Shown: positions 9,251-17,121 of the stretch, piece by piece
How positions within the stretch are numbered: the stretch's first letter is position 1
Layout: each line of letters starts with the position of its first letter
Source of the DNA: Nostoc sp. PCC 7120 = FACHB-418
Lineage (GTDB): Bacteria > Cyanobacteriota > Cyanobacteriia > Cyanobacteriales > Nostocaceae
Reading direction: 5' to 3'
NCBI RefSeq assembly: GCF_000009705.1
Contig: NC_003272.1
Coordinates: 1,470,001-1,502,000 of the forward strand
DNA: 32,000 nucleotides
Translations under genes and position numbers: made by a program
Notes under the pieces: model-generated
Seen by the model: only the letters and a program-made list of their open reading frames with translations
The model's database searches: none
Told to the model about the DNA's origin: nothing

Positions 9251-9395
9251 TAGGACTTACGCACCCAGATTTTCTGTTGAGGCTGGGTGTAAGGGTGTAG
9301 GGGTGTAAGGGTTTCAAACATTTATACCCCTACACCCCTATACCCCTATACCCTTCTCCAAACCCTTGATCTTTCGTTTTCATGCGTAAGTCCTA
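9251..9395. repeat. 145-bp compound palindromic element between aroK and argB
   Basis: A perfect 13-bp inverted repeat, taggacttacgca (9251-9263) with tgcgtaagtccta (9383-9395). It encloses gtaagggtgtaggggtgtaagggt, which faces acccctacacccctatacccctataccc. Confidence 0.75.
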
Positions 9396-9484
9396 TTAGT
9401 AATTCATAATTCGTAATTCGCAATGAAAGCAACAATTAGGAATTATACTGACTGGATAAATATATAAGTTTCCACGGCTCCTCA

Positions 9485-10378
9485 ATGATGGTCAACGATA
9501 TTGAGTATATCAGGCAAGCTGAAGCTACTCGTGTGCAGGTACTAAGCGAAGCACTACCTTATATTCAACAATTTGCCGGTCGCACCGTTGTTGTTAAATA
9601 TGGTGGTGCGGCTATGAAAGATAGCCACCTCAAAGACCAAGTTATCCGCGATATTGTCTTTCTATCCTGCGTTGGGTTGCGGCCAATCTTGGTACATGGT
9701 GGCGGCCCGGAAATTAACAGTTGGTTAGATAAGCTGGGAATCGAAGCACAGTTTAAAAACGGTCTACGAGTCACTGATGCTCCCACAATGGATGTGGTGG
9801 AAATGGTATTGGTAGGTCGAGTTAATAAAGAAATTGTCTCTCTAATTAACCAAGCTGGCGGCTTGGCAGTAGGGCTTTGTGGTAAAGATGGTAACTTAAT
9901 TACTGCCCGTCCCCAAGGTCAAGAGGGCATTGGTTTTGTCGGGGAAGTAAGTAACGTTAACATCAAAATTTTGGAAACTTTAGCCAGTAACGGCTATATT
10001 CCCGTTGTTTCCAGCGTTGCCGCCGATGACTCAGGACAGGCTTATAATATTAACGCCGATACTGTGGCTGGTGAAATTGCTGCCGCCTTAGGGGCGGAAA
10101 AACTGATTTTATTAACGGATACCAGAGGTATTTTAAAAGATTATCAAGACCCTGGAACATTGATTCCCAAAGTAGATATTCGGGAAGCCCGCGAATTAAT
10201 TAATAGTGGTGTTGTTAGCGGTGGGATGATCCCCAAGGTTACTTGTTGTGTGCGATCGCTCGCTCAAGGAGTCAGAGCCGCACACATCATAGACGGTCGT
10301 ATTCCCCACGCCTTACTACTGGAAATTTTTACTGATGTGGGTATTGGGACAATGATTCTCGGTTCTCAGTATAGTTAA
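9485..10378 (+). CDS. argB: Acetylglutamate kinase
   Basis: 297-aa ORF with amino-acid kinase motifs [19 protein letters not shown] and [12 protein letters not shown]. Confidence 0.95.
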   Translation: MMVNDIEYIRQAEATRVQVLSEALPYIQQFAGRTVVVKYGGAAMKDSHLKDQVIRDIVFLSCVGLRPILVHGGGPEINSWLDKLGIEAQFKNGLRVTDAPTMDVVEMVLVGRVNKEIVSLINQAGGLAVGLCGKDGNLITARPQGQEGIGFVGEVSNVNIKILETLASNGYIPVVSSVAADDSGQAYNINADTVAGEIAAALGAEKLILLTDTRGILKDYQDPGTLIPKVDIREARELINSGVVSGGMIPKVTCCVRSLAQGVRAAHIIDGRIPHALLLEIFTDVGIGTMILGSQYS

Positions 10379-10383
10379 TTTAT

Positions 10384-10441
10384 AAGGGTATGGGTAATGG
10401 GTACTGGGTAATAGGGGCTAATCTTCCCCCCCCCACCCCCC
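10384..10441. repeat. Heptamer repeat (TGGGTAA-like, about 4-5 copies) followed by a C9-A-C6 homopolymer tract
   Basis: Read directly: aagggta tgggtaa tgggtac tgggtaa tagggg, then cttccccccccc a cccccc a ctccc. Confidence 0.8.
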
Positions 10442-10480
10442 ACTCCCTATTTTCCAGTTAGTGCTGATCGGTGGGCAAAA

Positions 10481-11002
10481 GTGAGTACAGAAAGTTTAGA
10501 ACTGGCTAAAACTCGATATCAAGCGGGTAAATTTGCTTTTGAAAATGGGCAATATCGAGAAGCGGTAGAAAATCTCGAAAAAGCCAGCGCCTTAGTCGCG
10601 CGTAACTCCCGCCTTGGGGGTGAGGTAGAAATTTGGTTAGTTACAGCCTATGAAGCGGCTGGACGTACAGAAGATGCGATCGCCCTTTGTCAGCAACTTC
10701 GTCGTCATCCCCACTCCGAAACTAGCCAACAAGCCCGACGTTTGCTTTATATCCTGCAAGCGCCAAGATTGAAAAGACCCAGTAATTGGATGACAGAAAT
10801 TCCTGATTTGGGCGCACTGTCTGACAATGAAGCCAAAACTCGTGTTATGGCCAAGCCACGTAAACCTACAGAAAAAAAAGCACCTGCTGAAGTCGAATTT
10901 GTTGATCTTTCTCAAGTCAATACCAAAGATAATCGCTTCATTTGGCTTGCTTTAATTGTGATTGGTTTAACTATTTCATATTTGGTTTGGCTGGGTTTTT
11001 AG
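10481..11002 (+). CDS. Hypothetical TPR-like protein with a C-terminal transmembrane anchor
   Basis: 173-aa ORF with a GTG start. Helical repeat-like N-terminus (YQAGKFAFENGQYREAVENLEKA...AYEAAGRTEDAIALCQQL). The C-terminal hydrophobic helix is FIWLALIVIGLTISYLVWLGF. Confidence 0.6.
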   Translation: MSTESLELAKTRYQAGKFAFENGQYREAVENLEKASALVARNSRLGGEVEIWLVTAYEAAGRTEDAIALCQQLRRHPHSETSQQARRLLYILQAPRLKRPSNWMTEIPDLGALSDNEAKTRVMAKPRKPTEKKAPAEVEFVDLSQVNTKDNRFIWLALIVIGLTISYLVWLGF

Positions 11003-11020
11003 GAGGGGGTAAAAAAAGAT

Positions 11021-11048
11021 GACTGTTGATTGTTGACTGTTGAAGGTT
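11021..11048. repeat. STRR heptamer repeat GACTGTT (complement of CAACAGT type), 4 copies
   Basis: Read directly: gactgtt gattgtt gactgtt gaaggtt. Confidence 0.85.
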
Positions 11049-11102
11049 AACTAATTACAACTGACACCCATAGCGCAGTAAATTTTGAGGAGAACTATAT
11101 TA

Positions 11103-11963
11103 ATGAGTTATGGTAATTTTGGTAAAAGTTTCAGAAAAATCATCAAACAGGTTAAGTTTTTTCTGTCAAACTTAACTGCTAAAAACAAACTTCGCAAACC
11201 CATTTTTTTATTAGTACTGTTAACATCACTGCTATTGACTGGCTGTGTGCAGTACGATGTAGGTGTCAATTTTGATAATTCTAATCATGGTCAACTGGTA
11301 CAGCATATCAAATTGGCAGATAGGCTGACTAGTTTTAGCGGTGATTATGTATACGAATGGTTAACCAGCATAGAACGGCGCGCCCGGAAACTAGAAGGCA
11401 ATGCCAAACGCATTTCTCCAGAAGAAGTAATTGTGACGATTCCTTTTAGTAATGGTCAAGAATTACAAACAAAATTCAACGAATTTTTTAATTCCCGCGC
11501 CCATCAAACAAATGACACTGAAGCAGGCACAGAAAATTCAGAATTTCCTAAGGTAGAGTCTAATTTGTTATTGACGCAAAATAACTTTCTTTTGGTAGTT
11601 AGAAATCAATTAATTTATGACCTAGATTTGCGATCGCTCTCTTTAATCGCCAATAAAGGTAATGTTTTAACAGATACTGGTTCCATCCTTGATTTAAAAT
11701 TTGCCTTAAAAACACCTTGGGGAGCCAAAAGCATTCAAAGAACAGAAACTGCCGTACCACCAGAAAAGCAAAGCGGACAGCTAGTGTGGCGATTGCAACC
11801 CGGTGAACTCAACCATATAGAAGTAGTCTTTTGGCTACCCAGTCCTTTGGGTATTGGTGCTTTATTAATTGTTCTGTTTGTTTGGGGTGGATTTTACCTC
11901 AGGTATACATTTATGCCAGACCCCAAACTACAATTAGCTACTAAATCCGCCGTAGCAGAATAG
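11103..11963 (+). CDS. Cyanobacterial membrane/lipoprotein, DUF3153-like
   Basis: The track ORF starts at a TTG (11085). The ATG at 11103 follows gaggag. A lipobox-like LLLTGC is followed by VQYDVGVNFDNSNHGQLVQHIKL, as I remember for DUF3153. There is a C-terminal TM helix, LGIGALLIVLFVWGGFYL. Confidence 0.6.
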   Translation: MSYGNFGKSFRKIIKQVKFFLSNLTAKNKLRKPIFLLVLLTSLLLTGCVQYDVGVNFDNSNHGQLVQHIKLADRLTSFSGDYVYEWLTSIERRARKLEGNAKRISPEEVIVTIPFSNGQELQTKFNEFFNSRAHQTNDTEAGTENSEFPKVESNLLLTQNNFLLVVRNQLIYDLDLRSLSLIANKGNVLTDTGSILDLKFALKTPWGAKSIQRTETAVPPEKQSGQLVWRLQPGELNHIEVVFWLPSPLGIGALLIVLFVWGGFYLRYTFMPDPKLQLATKSAVAE

Positions 11964-12029
11964 TGATGAGTGTTGAGTAGTTAGCATCTCAGATTCTTGG
12001 TGGTATTCTACTCAGCATTCGGAACTATA

Positions 12030-12674
12030 TTAAGGAGATAATCGGTGAATTTCCCAACTGTGATCATTTAAAAGAGTATAAAGCAGGCGATCGTGTAGGC
12101 GACTAGAGCGTCCTTGCCAAAACTCTATCTCTGAGGGGATCACTCGTAACCCCCCCCAGTGGGCAGGTCTAGGAATCTCCTGATTTTCATATTTATGTTG
12201 AAATTCCTGCATTCTTTGCTCTAAAACTTCTCGGCTAGCGATGATTTCGCTTTGATTCGATACCCATGCACCCAGTCGGCTATTAGCAGGACGACTGTAG
12301 AAGTAGTAGTCTGATTCACTTTCTGAAACCTTCTCTACCCTACCTGAAATTCTGACTTGGCGTTCTAATTCTGCCCACCAAAAAACCAAAGCTGCTTGGG
12401 GATTTTCCGCTAGTTCTTGACCTTTGCGACTGTTATAGTTGGTGAAAAAAACAAAACCCTGTTCATCAAAGTCTTTGAGCAATACCATTCTCGCGGAAGG
12501 TTGACCATCTGGTGTACTTGTAGCGATCGTCATAGCGTTGGGTTCTGGAAGTTGAGCTGCTAAAGCCTGCTCAAACCACTTTTTAAATTGTATGAAAGGA
12601 TTAGGATCAACCTCGATTTCACTCAAACCCTCTAGGGTATAATCCTTGCGGAGGTCAGCTATGGTTCTATCCAT
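12030..12674 (-). CDS. pdxH: Pyridoxamine 5'-phosphate oxidase
   Basis: 214-aa [27 protein letters not shown] and the C-terminal [17 protein letters not shown] are characteristic of PdxH. Confidence 0.93.
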   Translation of the reverse strand: MDRTIADLRKDYTLEGLSEIEVDPNPFIQFKKWFEQALAAQLPEPNAMTIATSTPDGQPSARMVLLKDFDEQGFVFFTNYNSRKGQELAENPQAALVFWWAELERQVRISGRVEKVSESESDYYFYSRPANSRLGAWVSNQSEIIASREVLEQRMQEFQHKYENQEIPRPAHWGGLRVIPSEIEFWQGRSSRLHDRLLYTLLNDHSWEIHRLSP

Positions 12675-12905
12675 AATGATTTAGTTCCTTGTTATCTGAT
12701 AGATCGGCACACTTGCTTGTTAAGACTATCTATCATGATGATCACTGACAATACCACCTATTGAAGTTCGGGCAATTCTGACGATATACTTGTTTATCTT
12801 AAAAATGGGTAATATATAATACATGAATAAATCTAAAATACAGGTATGGTGAGAAATGCCCACTCCAACAATAAGGGGCTTCTAGATTAAAAATCATTCA
12901 AAATG

Positions 12906-12975
12906 TAAGGTGCGTCAGTGCGATATGACCTAGCTATATTCATAAATTATTCATACTGACGCACCCTACCAAACC
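12906..12975. repeat. Palindromic dispersed element, copy A (13-bp arms, 37-nt loop, CCAAACC tail)
   Basis: Arm taaggtgcgtcag (12906-12918), loop 12919-12955, arm ctgacgcacccta (12956-12968), then ccaaacc. A second copy lies at 20110-20179. Confidence 0.85.
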
Positions 12976-13129
12976 GTCAATTTCGGATGATTTATTTTTT
13001 GGTCTTCCCTAATCAAATTCTTATAGCTCATAGGTAATTGCCACAGCATATAAGTATTTCCAGTATTTAAACGAGCATCATACATACTACATAAATTCTT
13101 CCCCAGAGTAGCGGAAATCGATTGCATCA

Positions 13130-14218
13130 ATGCGCCGTTCTTCATCCCTTCAAAGTTTACTCATTTATGGTCTGAGCGGCCCGGTGATCGCTCTGAATGT
13201 CTGGCTATTGTCCGTACTTTTTCGCTATTTTCAAAATCCTTTGACAATCCTGAGTCTGGCGGCGATTTTAGCTTTCTTACTAAATTATTTAGTAAAATTT
13301 TTTGAACGCGCTAGAATTACCCGCACTCAAGCTGTTGTTATAGTTCTGCTGGTTACCTTAACTTTATTCGGCATTTTGACAGTTACTTTAGTGCCGATGC
13401 TGATTGACCAAACAGTCCAACTATTAAATAAGATCCCTGATTGGTTAACAGCTAGTCAAGCAAACTTAGAGCATTTTGAGAGATTTGCCAAGCAGCGACG
13501 TTTACCCCTTGATTTGCGGGTTTTGAGTAATCAAATAAACGCTAGTATTCAAAGTGTAGTGCAGCAACTTGCTTCTGGTGCGGTGGGATTAGCTGGAACG
13601 TTGCTCTCAGGATTACTCAACTTTATATTAGTGGTAGTGCTGGCATTTTATATGCTGATATATGGCGATCGCGTCTGGTATGGTTTGATTAATTTACTAC
13701 CATCGAAAATCAGATTCCCCCTAACCAAATCTTTGCAGCTAAACTTTCAAAATTTCTTCCTCAGCCAGTTGTTGCTGGGGTTATTCATGATTGTCGCCCT
13801 TACCCCCATTTTCCTGATTCTCAAAGTACCCTTTGCTTTATTATTTGCCATACTCATTGGAATTTCTCAACTGATTCCTTTTATTGGCGCAACTTTAGGT
13901 ATTGGGTTAGTAACAATTTTGGTACTTTTGCAAAACTGGTGGTTAGCAGTGCAAGTGGCGATCGCCGCAATTATCATGCAGCAGATCAAAGACAATCTCT
14001 TAAGCCCCAGGTTACTGGGTAATTTTATTGGACTTAACCCAATCTGGATTTTTGTAGCAATTTTGATGGGATATGAAATAGCAGGTTTATTAGGAACACT
14101 AGTTGCTGTTCCTATTGCCGGCACAATTAAAGGAACTTTCGATGCTCTTAAGGGTGGCAAGTCAGATGACTTTATGTCAACAGTCACTATCGACCATGAC
14201 TCACCTAATGATGAATAG
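13130..14218 (+). CDS. AI-2E family transporter (PerM/UPF0118-type permease)
   Basis: 362-aa polytopic membrane ORF. The layout is typical: several N-terminal TM helices, a soluble insert (QTVQLLNKIPDWL...) and C-terminal TM helices with IPFIGATLG. Confidence 0.8.
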   Translation: MRRSSSLQSLLIYGLSGPVIALNVWLLSVLFRYFQNPLTILSLAAILAFLLNYLVKFFERARITRTQAVVIVLLVTLTLFGILTVTLVPMLIDQTVQLLNKIPDWLTASQANLEHFERFAKQRRLPLDLRVLSNQINASIQSVVQQLASGAVGLAGTLLSGLLNFILVVVLAFYMLIYGDRVWYGLINLLPSKIRFPLTKSLQLNFQNFFLSQLLLGLFMIVALTPIFLILKVPFALLFAILIGISQLIPFIGATLGIGLVTILVLLQNWWLAVQVAIAAIIMQQIKDNLLSPRLLGNFIGLNPIWIFVAILMGYEIAGLLGTLVAVPIAGTIKGTFDALKGGKSDDFMSTVTIDHDSPNDE

Positions 14219-14231
14219 TTAATCGTCAATA

Positions 14232-14876
14232 TTAGTATTCAGTACCCCTTGATCTGCTCCCTATCGGATTATTTCGCTGCATCACAAAACCTAAGGATAC
14301 TCGTTTCATGATTAAGTACAAAACTAACAGGATCACAAAACTAGCAATAATAATAATCAAAGGCTGCTTTCCTAAAAGTTCTTCTATACCCCTAGTCAAT
14401 ACAGCATCTGGTTGAGTAATAAAATCCCAGCTATTAAATCGCAGAAATCTACCCCAATAAATGCCGATCGCACACAAAGCATGAGTGATTAATTCAACCT
14501 TTAAAATCCATTCGCTTTTATCAATGCGGTGTAAATAATAACCTAAATTGATTAAAGAGATAACGTAAGCTTCAAATCCTGCTAGGATCACCAGCAAATA
14601 AACAGGAATTAGCACTAAGGTAATCATCCATACCGATTCAATGGTGCGAATGTCGTGTATTAAATGAATTACATCAGTTAATAAATAAGGTGCGTTAGGT
14701 AAAAAAGCATAGAAAACTAAAAATCCTAGCCACCATAGCCAAGAGCGTCCGCTTCTGGTGCGGAACAGCCAAACACTCAAGAGCAAAGGTATAAAAGCCA
14801 AAAATAAATTCCAAGTCATCCAACGCATATTTATACTCAAGACTTGCAACACTCTGGCTAATAATTCTTCTTTCAT
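14232..14876 (-). CDS. DUF1361-like integral membrane protein
   Basis: 214-aa ORF with 5-6 predicted TM helices. The N-terminal WNLFLAFIPLLLS motif is as I remember for DUF1361. It converges on the permease gene with stop codons 13 nt apart. Confidence 0.65.
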   Translation of the reverse strand: MKEELLARVLQVLSINMRWMTWNLFLAFIPLLLSVWLFRTRSGRSWLWWLGFLVFYAFLPNAPYLLTDVIHLIHDIRTIESVWMITLVLIPVYLLVILAGFEAYVISLINLGYYLHRIDKSEWILKVELITHALCAIGIYWGRFLRFNSWDFITQPDAVLTRGIEELLGKQPLIIIIASFVILLVLYLIMKRVSLGFVMQRNNPIGSRSRGTEY

Positions 14877-15294
14877 AGCTGTTTGCTCTCAAAAGGTATA
14901 ATTAGGCTGAATTGTATTTGCTAAAAAATCGTGTATTTTTATACACCTATAAAACACATAATATTTCCCAGATGAAGGAGAATATAAACTAATCACAGAA
15001 CCTCAATTTCTTAGTTTATATTTGTTTTTGTGTGAATAACATAGATGAATCCTGACAAGCCACAGTATAGCGATAAAATTATTGGTGGTAAAGCTATTCT
15101 CATAAAAGGATTATCAATAACTGTAGTAAGAAATACTAAAAAACAAAGTAAAAATACTGTCTAACTACTTCTCTTTTTTAGCTTCCAGATTAATTACAAT
15201 CTGCTGGCGTAAGATTCCTGAATTTTCCAGATAATTCAGGATTTACCACAACTAAAAGGGTAATTTAATAAAAGTAAGCGGTTTGATCAATTAC

Positions 15295-15774
15295 CTACTC
15301 AGGCTGATTGCAGTATTTATTTAGTTCCTTAACTAAAGTATCCGCTTCTTTGCCAGTAGTATTTGCTACTTTAGTAAGAGCCGTATCAATTTCCGTCCTA
15401 GCCTTTTTTAGTTTTTCTTTACCTGTGGGTGATTCTTCCGCTAATTTGGCTGCACCAAGCGCCTTACCTGCTGTGGCGATCGCCTGACTAATATTTTGGA
15501 ACACTTTGATGAAACCAGTTTGAAATTCCTTCAGATTTGGATCTGTGAAATTAAGTTCTGCTAAAGAGGTTGTAATGGCTTCTAAATCCTTTGATAGTTG
15601 TAAGCTTGTAATGACTTGTTGTCCTTTGTTTTGCTCAATCAGGGAATTTCCCGCATTTACTACCTGAATGAGTCGCTGACATTGGGTGGTTTTATCTTCA
15701 AAACAACCAGTAAGCAATAAAGAGATAGTTATACCAATAGGAATAATAAAATTATATTTGCGCCGAGCCGACAT
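15295..15774 (-). CDS. Predicted helical lipoprotein of unknown function
   Basis: The internal ATG at 15774 is preceded by ggaga and gives MSARRKYNFIIPIGITISLLLTGC (signal peptide plus lipobox). The track start at 15891 would add an implausible extension running through a terminator hairpin. Confidence 0.6.
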   Translation of the reverse strand: MSARRKYNFIIPIGITISLLLTGCFEDKTTQCQRLIQVVNAGNSLIEQNKGQQVITSLQLSKDLEAITTSLAELNFTDPNLKEFQTGFIKVFQNISQAIATAGKALGAAKLAEESPTGKEKLKKARTEIDTALTKVANTTGKEADTLVKELNKYCNQPE

Positions 15775-15819
15775 ACATTCTCCAAATGATAATCTAACCT
15801 CGACAATCATAGCTAATAA

Positions 15820-15849
15820 AAAAACCCAGATTAGCCAAACTGGGTTTTT
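15820..15849 (-). terminator. Intrinsic (bidirectional-type) terminator hairpin downstream of the PEP-CTERM gene
   Basis: aaaaacccag (15820-15829) pairs with ctgggttttt (15840-15849) around a 10-nt loop. A and T runs flank the stem. It lies about 80 nt after the stop codon at 15930. Confidence 0.6.
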
Positions 15850-15929
15850 CCAATTATCAAAATTATGAGGTAGTGGTAATTTCTTGCACAAGTTATGTTG
15901 CTAACTAACTTTAACCTGCGCCGAAATAT

Positions 15930-16646
15930 CTATGAACCTGATGTTTTAAGCCAGTTTTGTTTGCGTTGCGACCATAAACCAAGACCAGCAATTAAACCAA
16001 GTCCTAGTACAGCAGAGGACTCAGGTACTGTTTGTGCTTCTTCGTAGTCGTAGGTGACTGTGATACTAGCTTTGGCTAAAGTGTCTATACCACTGGTGAT
16101 GTTACCAGAGCCGCGAACAATTGAATTAGCAACAGCTGAGAATAGAAAGTCGATATTACCAGTACCAGTAAAGTTTTGCAAAAACTGGGTATCAGTAAAG
16201 ACTGAGGTTGTAGATTTTGTCGCAGCTAGAGTATTGATTCTCCTACCTGAAGCCCCATCAAAATCCGTTACACCGTCATAGGGTGCAACTTGGTAAGTAT
16301 AAACATTTTCTGGATTAAGCAACAACGGAGTTTGTGGTTCAAGATCCGGTTGTGATAAAGAGAGGTTAGCATTTAGCGTTACTTCTATTGTAGAAGCGCG
16401 GCTGTTTCTATTTTCAAACTCTGCATTTCCACTTAACTCACCAACAAAATTGAGGGTTACTTTTTGCAGAGTACCAAGAGAAGAGTTAAACTTTTGTACC
16501 CCAATAATGGAATCTACGATATCTGTAGTCTGAAAATTTGTAGAAGTGGTGTAGCTGAGTGAGGCTGCACTAGCAGATCCAGCAGTAGCAATAATTCCAG
16601 CGAGGGTTGTAGCAGCGCCTAGAGTTTTAAAGAGCGTTGTTGTCAT
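15930..16646 (-). CDS. Secreted PEP-CTERM-anchored protein, choice-of-anchor-E-like domain
   Basis: 238-aa ORF with a signal peptide (TLAGIIATAGSASA). The beta-rich body contains FNSSLGTLQKVTLNFVG. The C-terminus VPESSAVLGLGLIAGLGLWSQRKQ has the PEP-CTERM architecture: motif, TM helix, basic cluster. Confidence 0.7.
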   Translation of the reverse strand: MTTTLFKTLGAATTLAGIIATAGSASAASLSYTTSTNFQTTDIVDSIIGVQKFNSSLGTLQKVTLNFVGELSGNAEFENRNSRASTIEVTLNANLSLSQPDLEPQTPLLLNPENVYTYQVAPYDGVTDFDGASGRRINTLAATKSTTSVFTDTQFLQNFTGTGNIDFLFSAVANSIVRGSGNITSGIDTLAKASITVTYDYEEAQTVPESSAVLGLGLIAGLGLWSQRKQNWLKTSGS

Positions 16647-17030
16647 GGGTAAATAATTTAGCTAAAAAAGAATCGCAAAATGGCTAACTTATTTTTAACG
16701 CTGGAATCTTGTTTATCGGGTTGATAAATATACTTAAGTTTTTGTAAAGCTTTATCACCCTGTCAAATTATTAGAATACATCCGGGTGATTCTTTACCAG
16801 TAAACATTTAGCCTCTATTTTATTAGTAATATTCGCTAGTAAATTCTCGTAATATTAATATTTTTAAGTGTGTTAGTATTTACTTTTTAAGCACAGGTAT
16901 TGATACAAGTAGGCTTTTCTGTGTGTTAAATATGTTGCGTTGAAAAGCTTTGATAAATATTAATCCAAGCTTACATGAGTGTCACAGATTCTTCGTAGGG
17001 CTTGTAAATAGTCTGTAAATATTTTCAGTC

Positions 17031-17066
17031 CTGAGTGCTGAATTAGGTATATGATTCAGCACTCAG
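17031..17066. repeat. Perfect 13-bp-stem hairpin (dispersed-repeat type) upstream of polA
   Basis: ctgagtgctgaat (17031-17043) pairs with attcagcactcag (17054-17066). T-rich sequence follows. Confidence 0.7.
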
Positions 17067-17121
17067 CACCATCCATTTTTTGTACTGCTTTTTGCGTAAA
17101 GCTTTTGGCTAAAATAAGGCT

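Noticed and set aside
15011-15164. Overlapping antisense small ORFs: 39 aa on plus (15045-15164) and a hydrophobic 30 aa on minus (15011-15103, MRIALPPIILSLYCGLSGFIYVIHTKTNIN), superficially like a type I toxin locus
   Set aside because: Neither has a Shine-Dalgarno sequence. AT-rich spacer readily yields I/L/F/Y-rich peptides, and nothing here can be verified without conservation or expression data.
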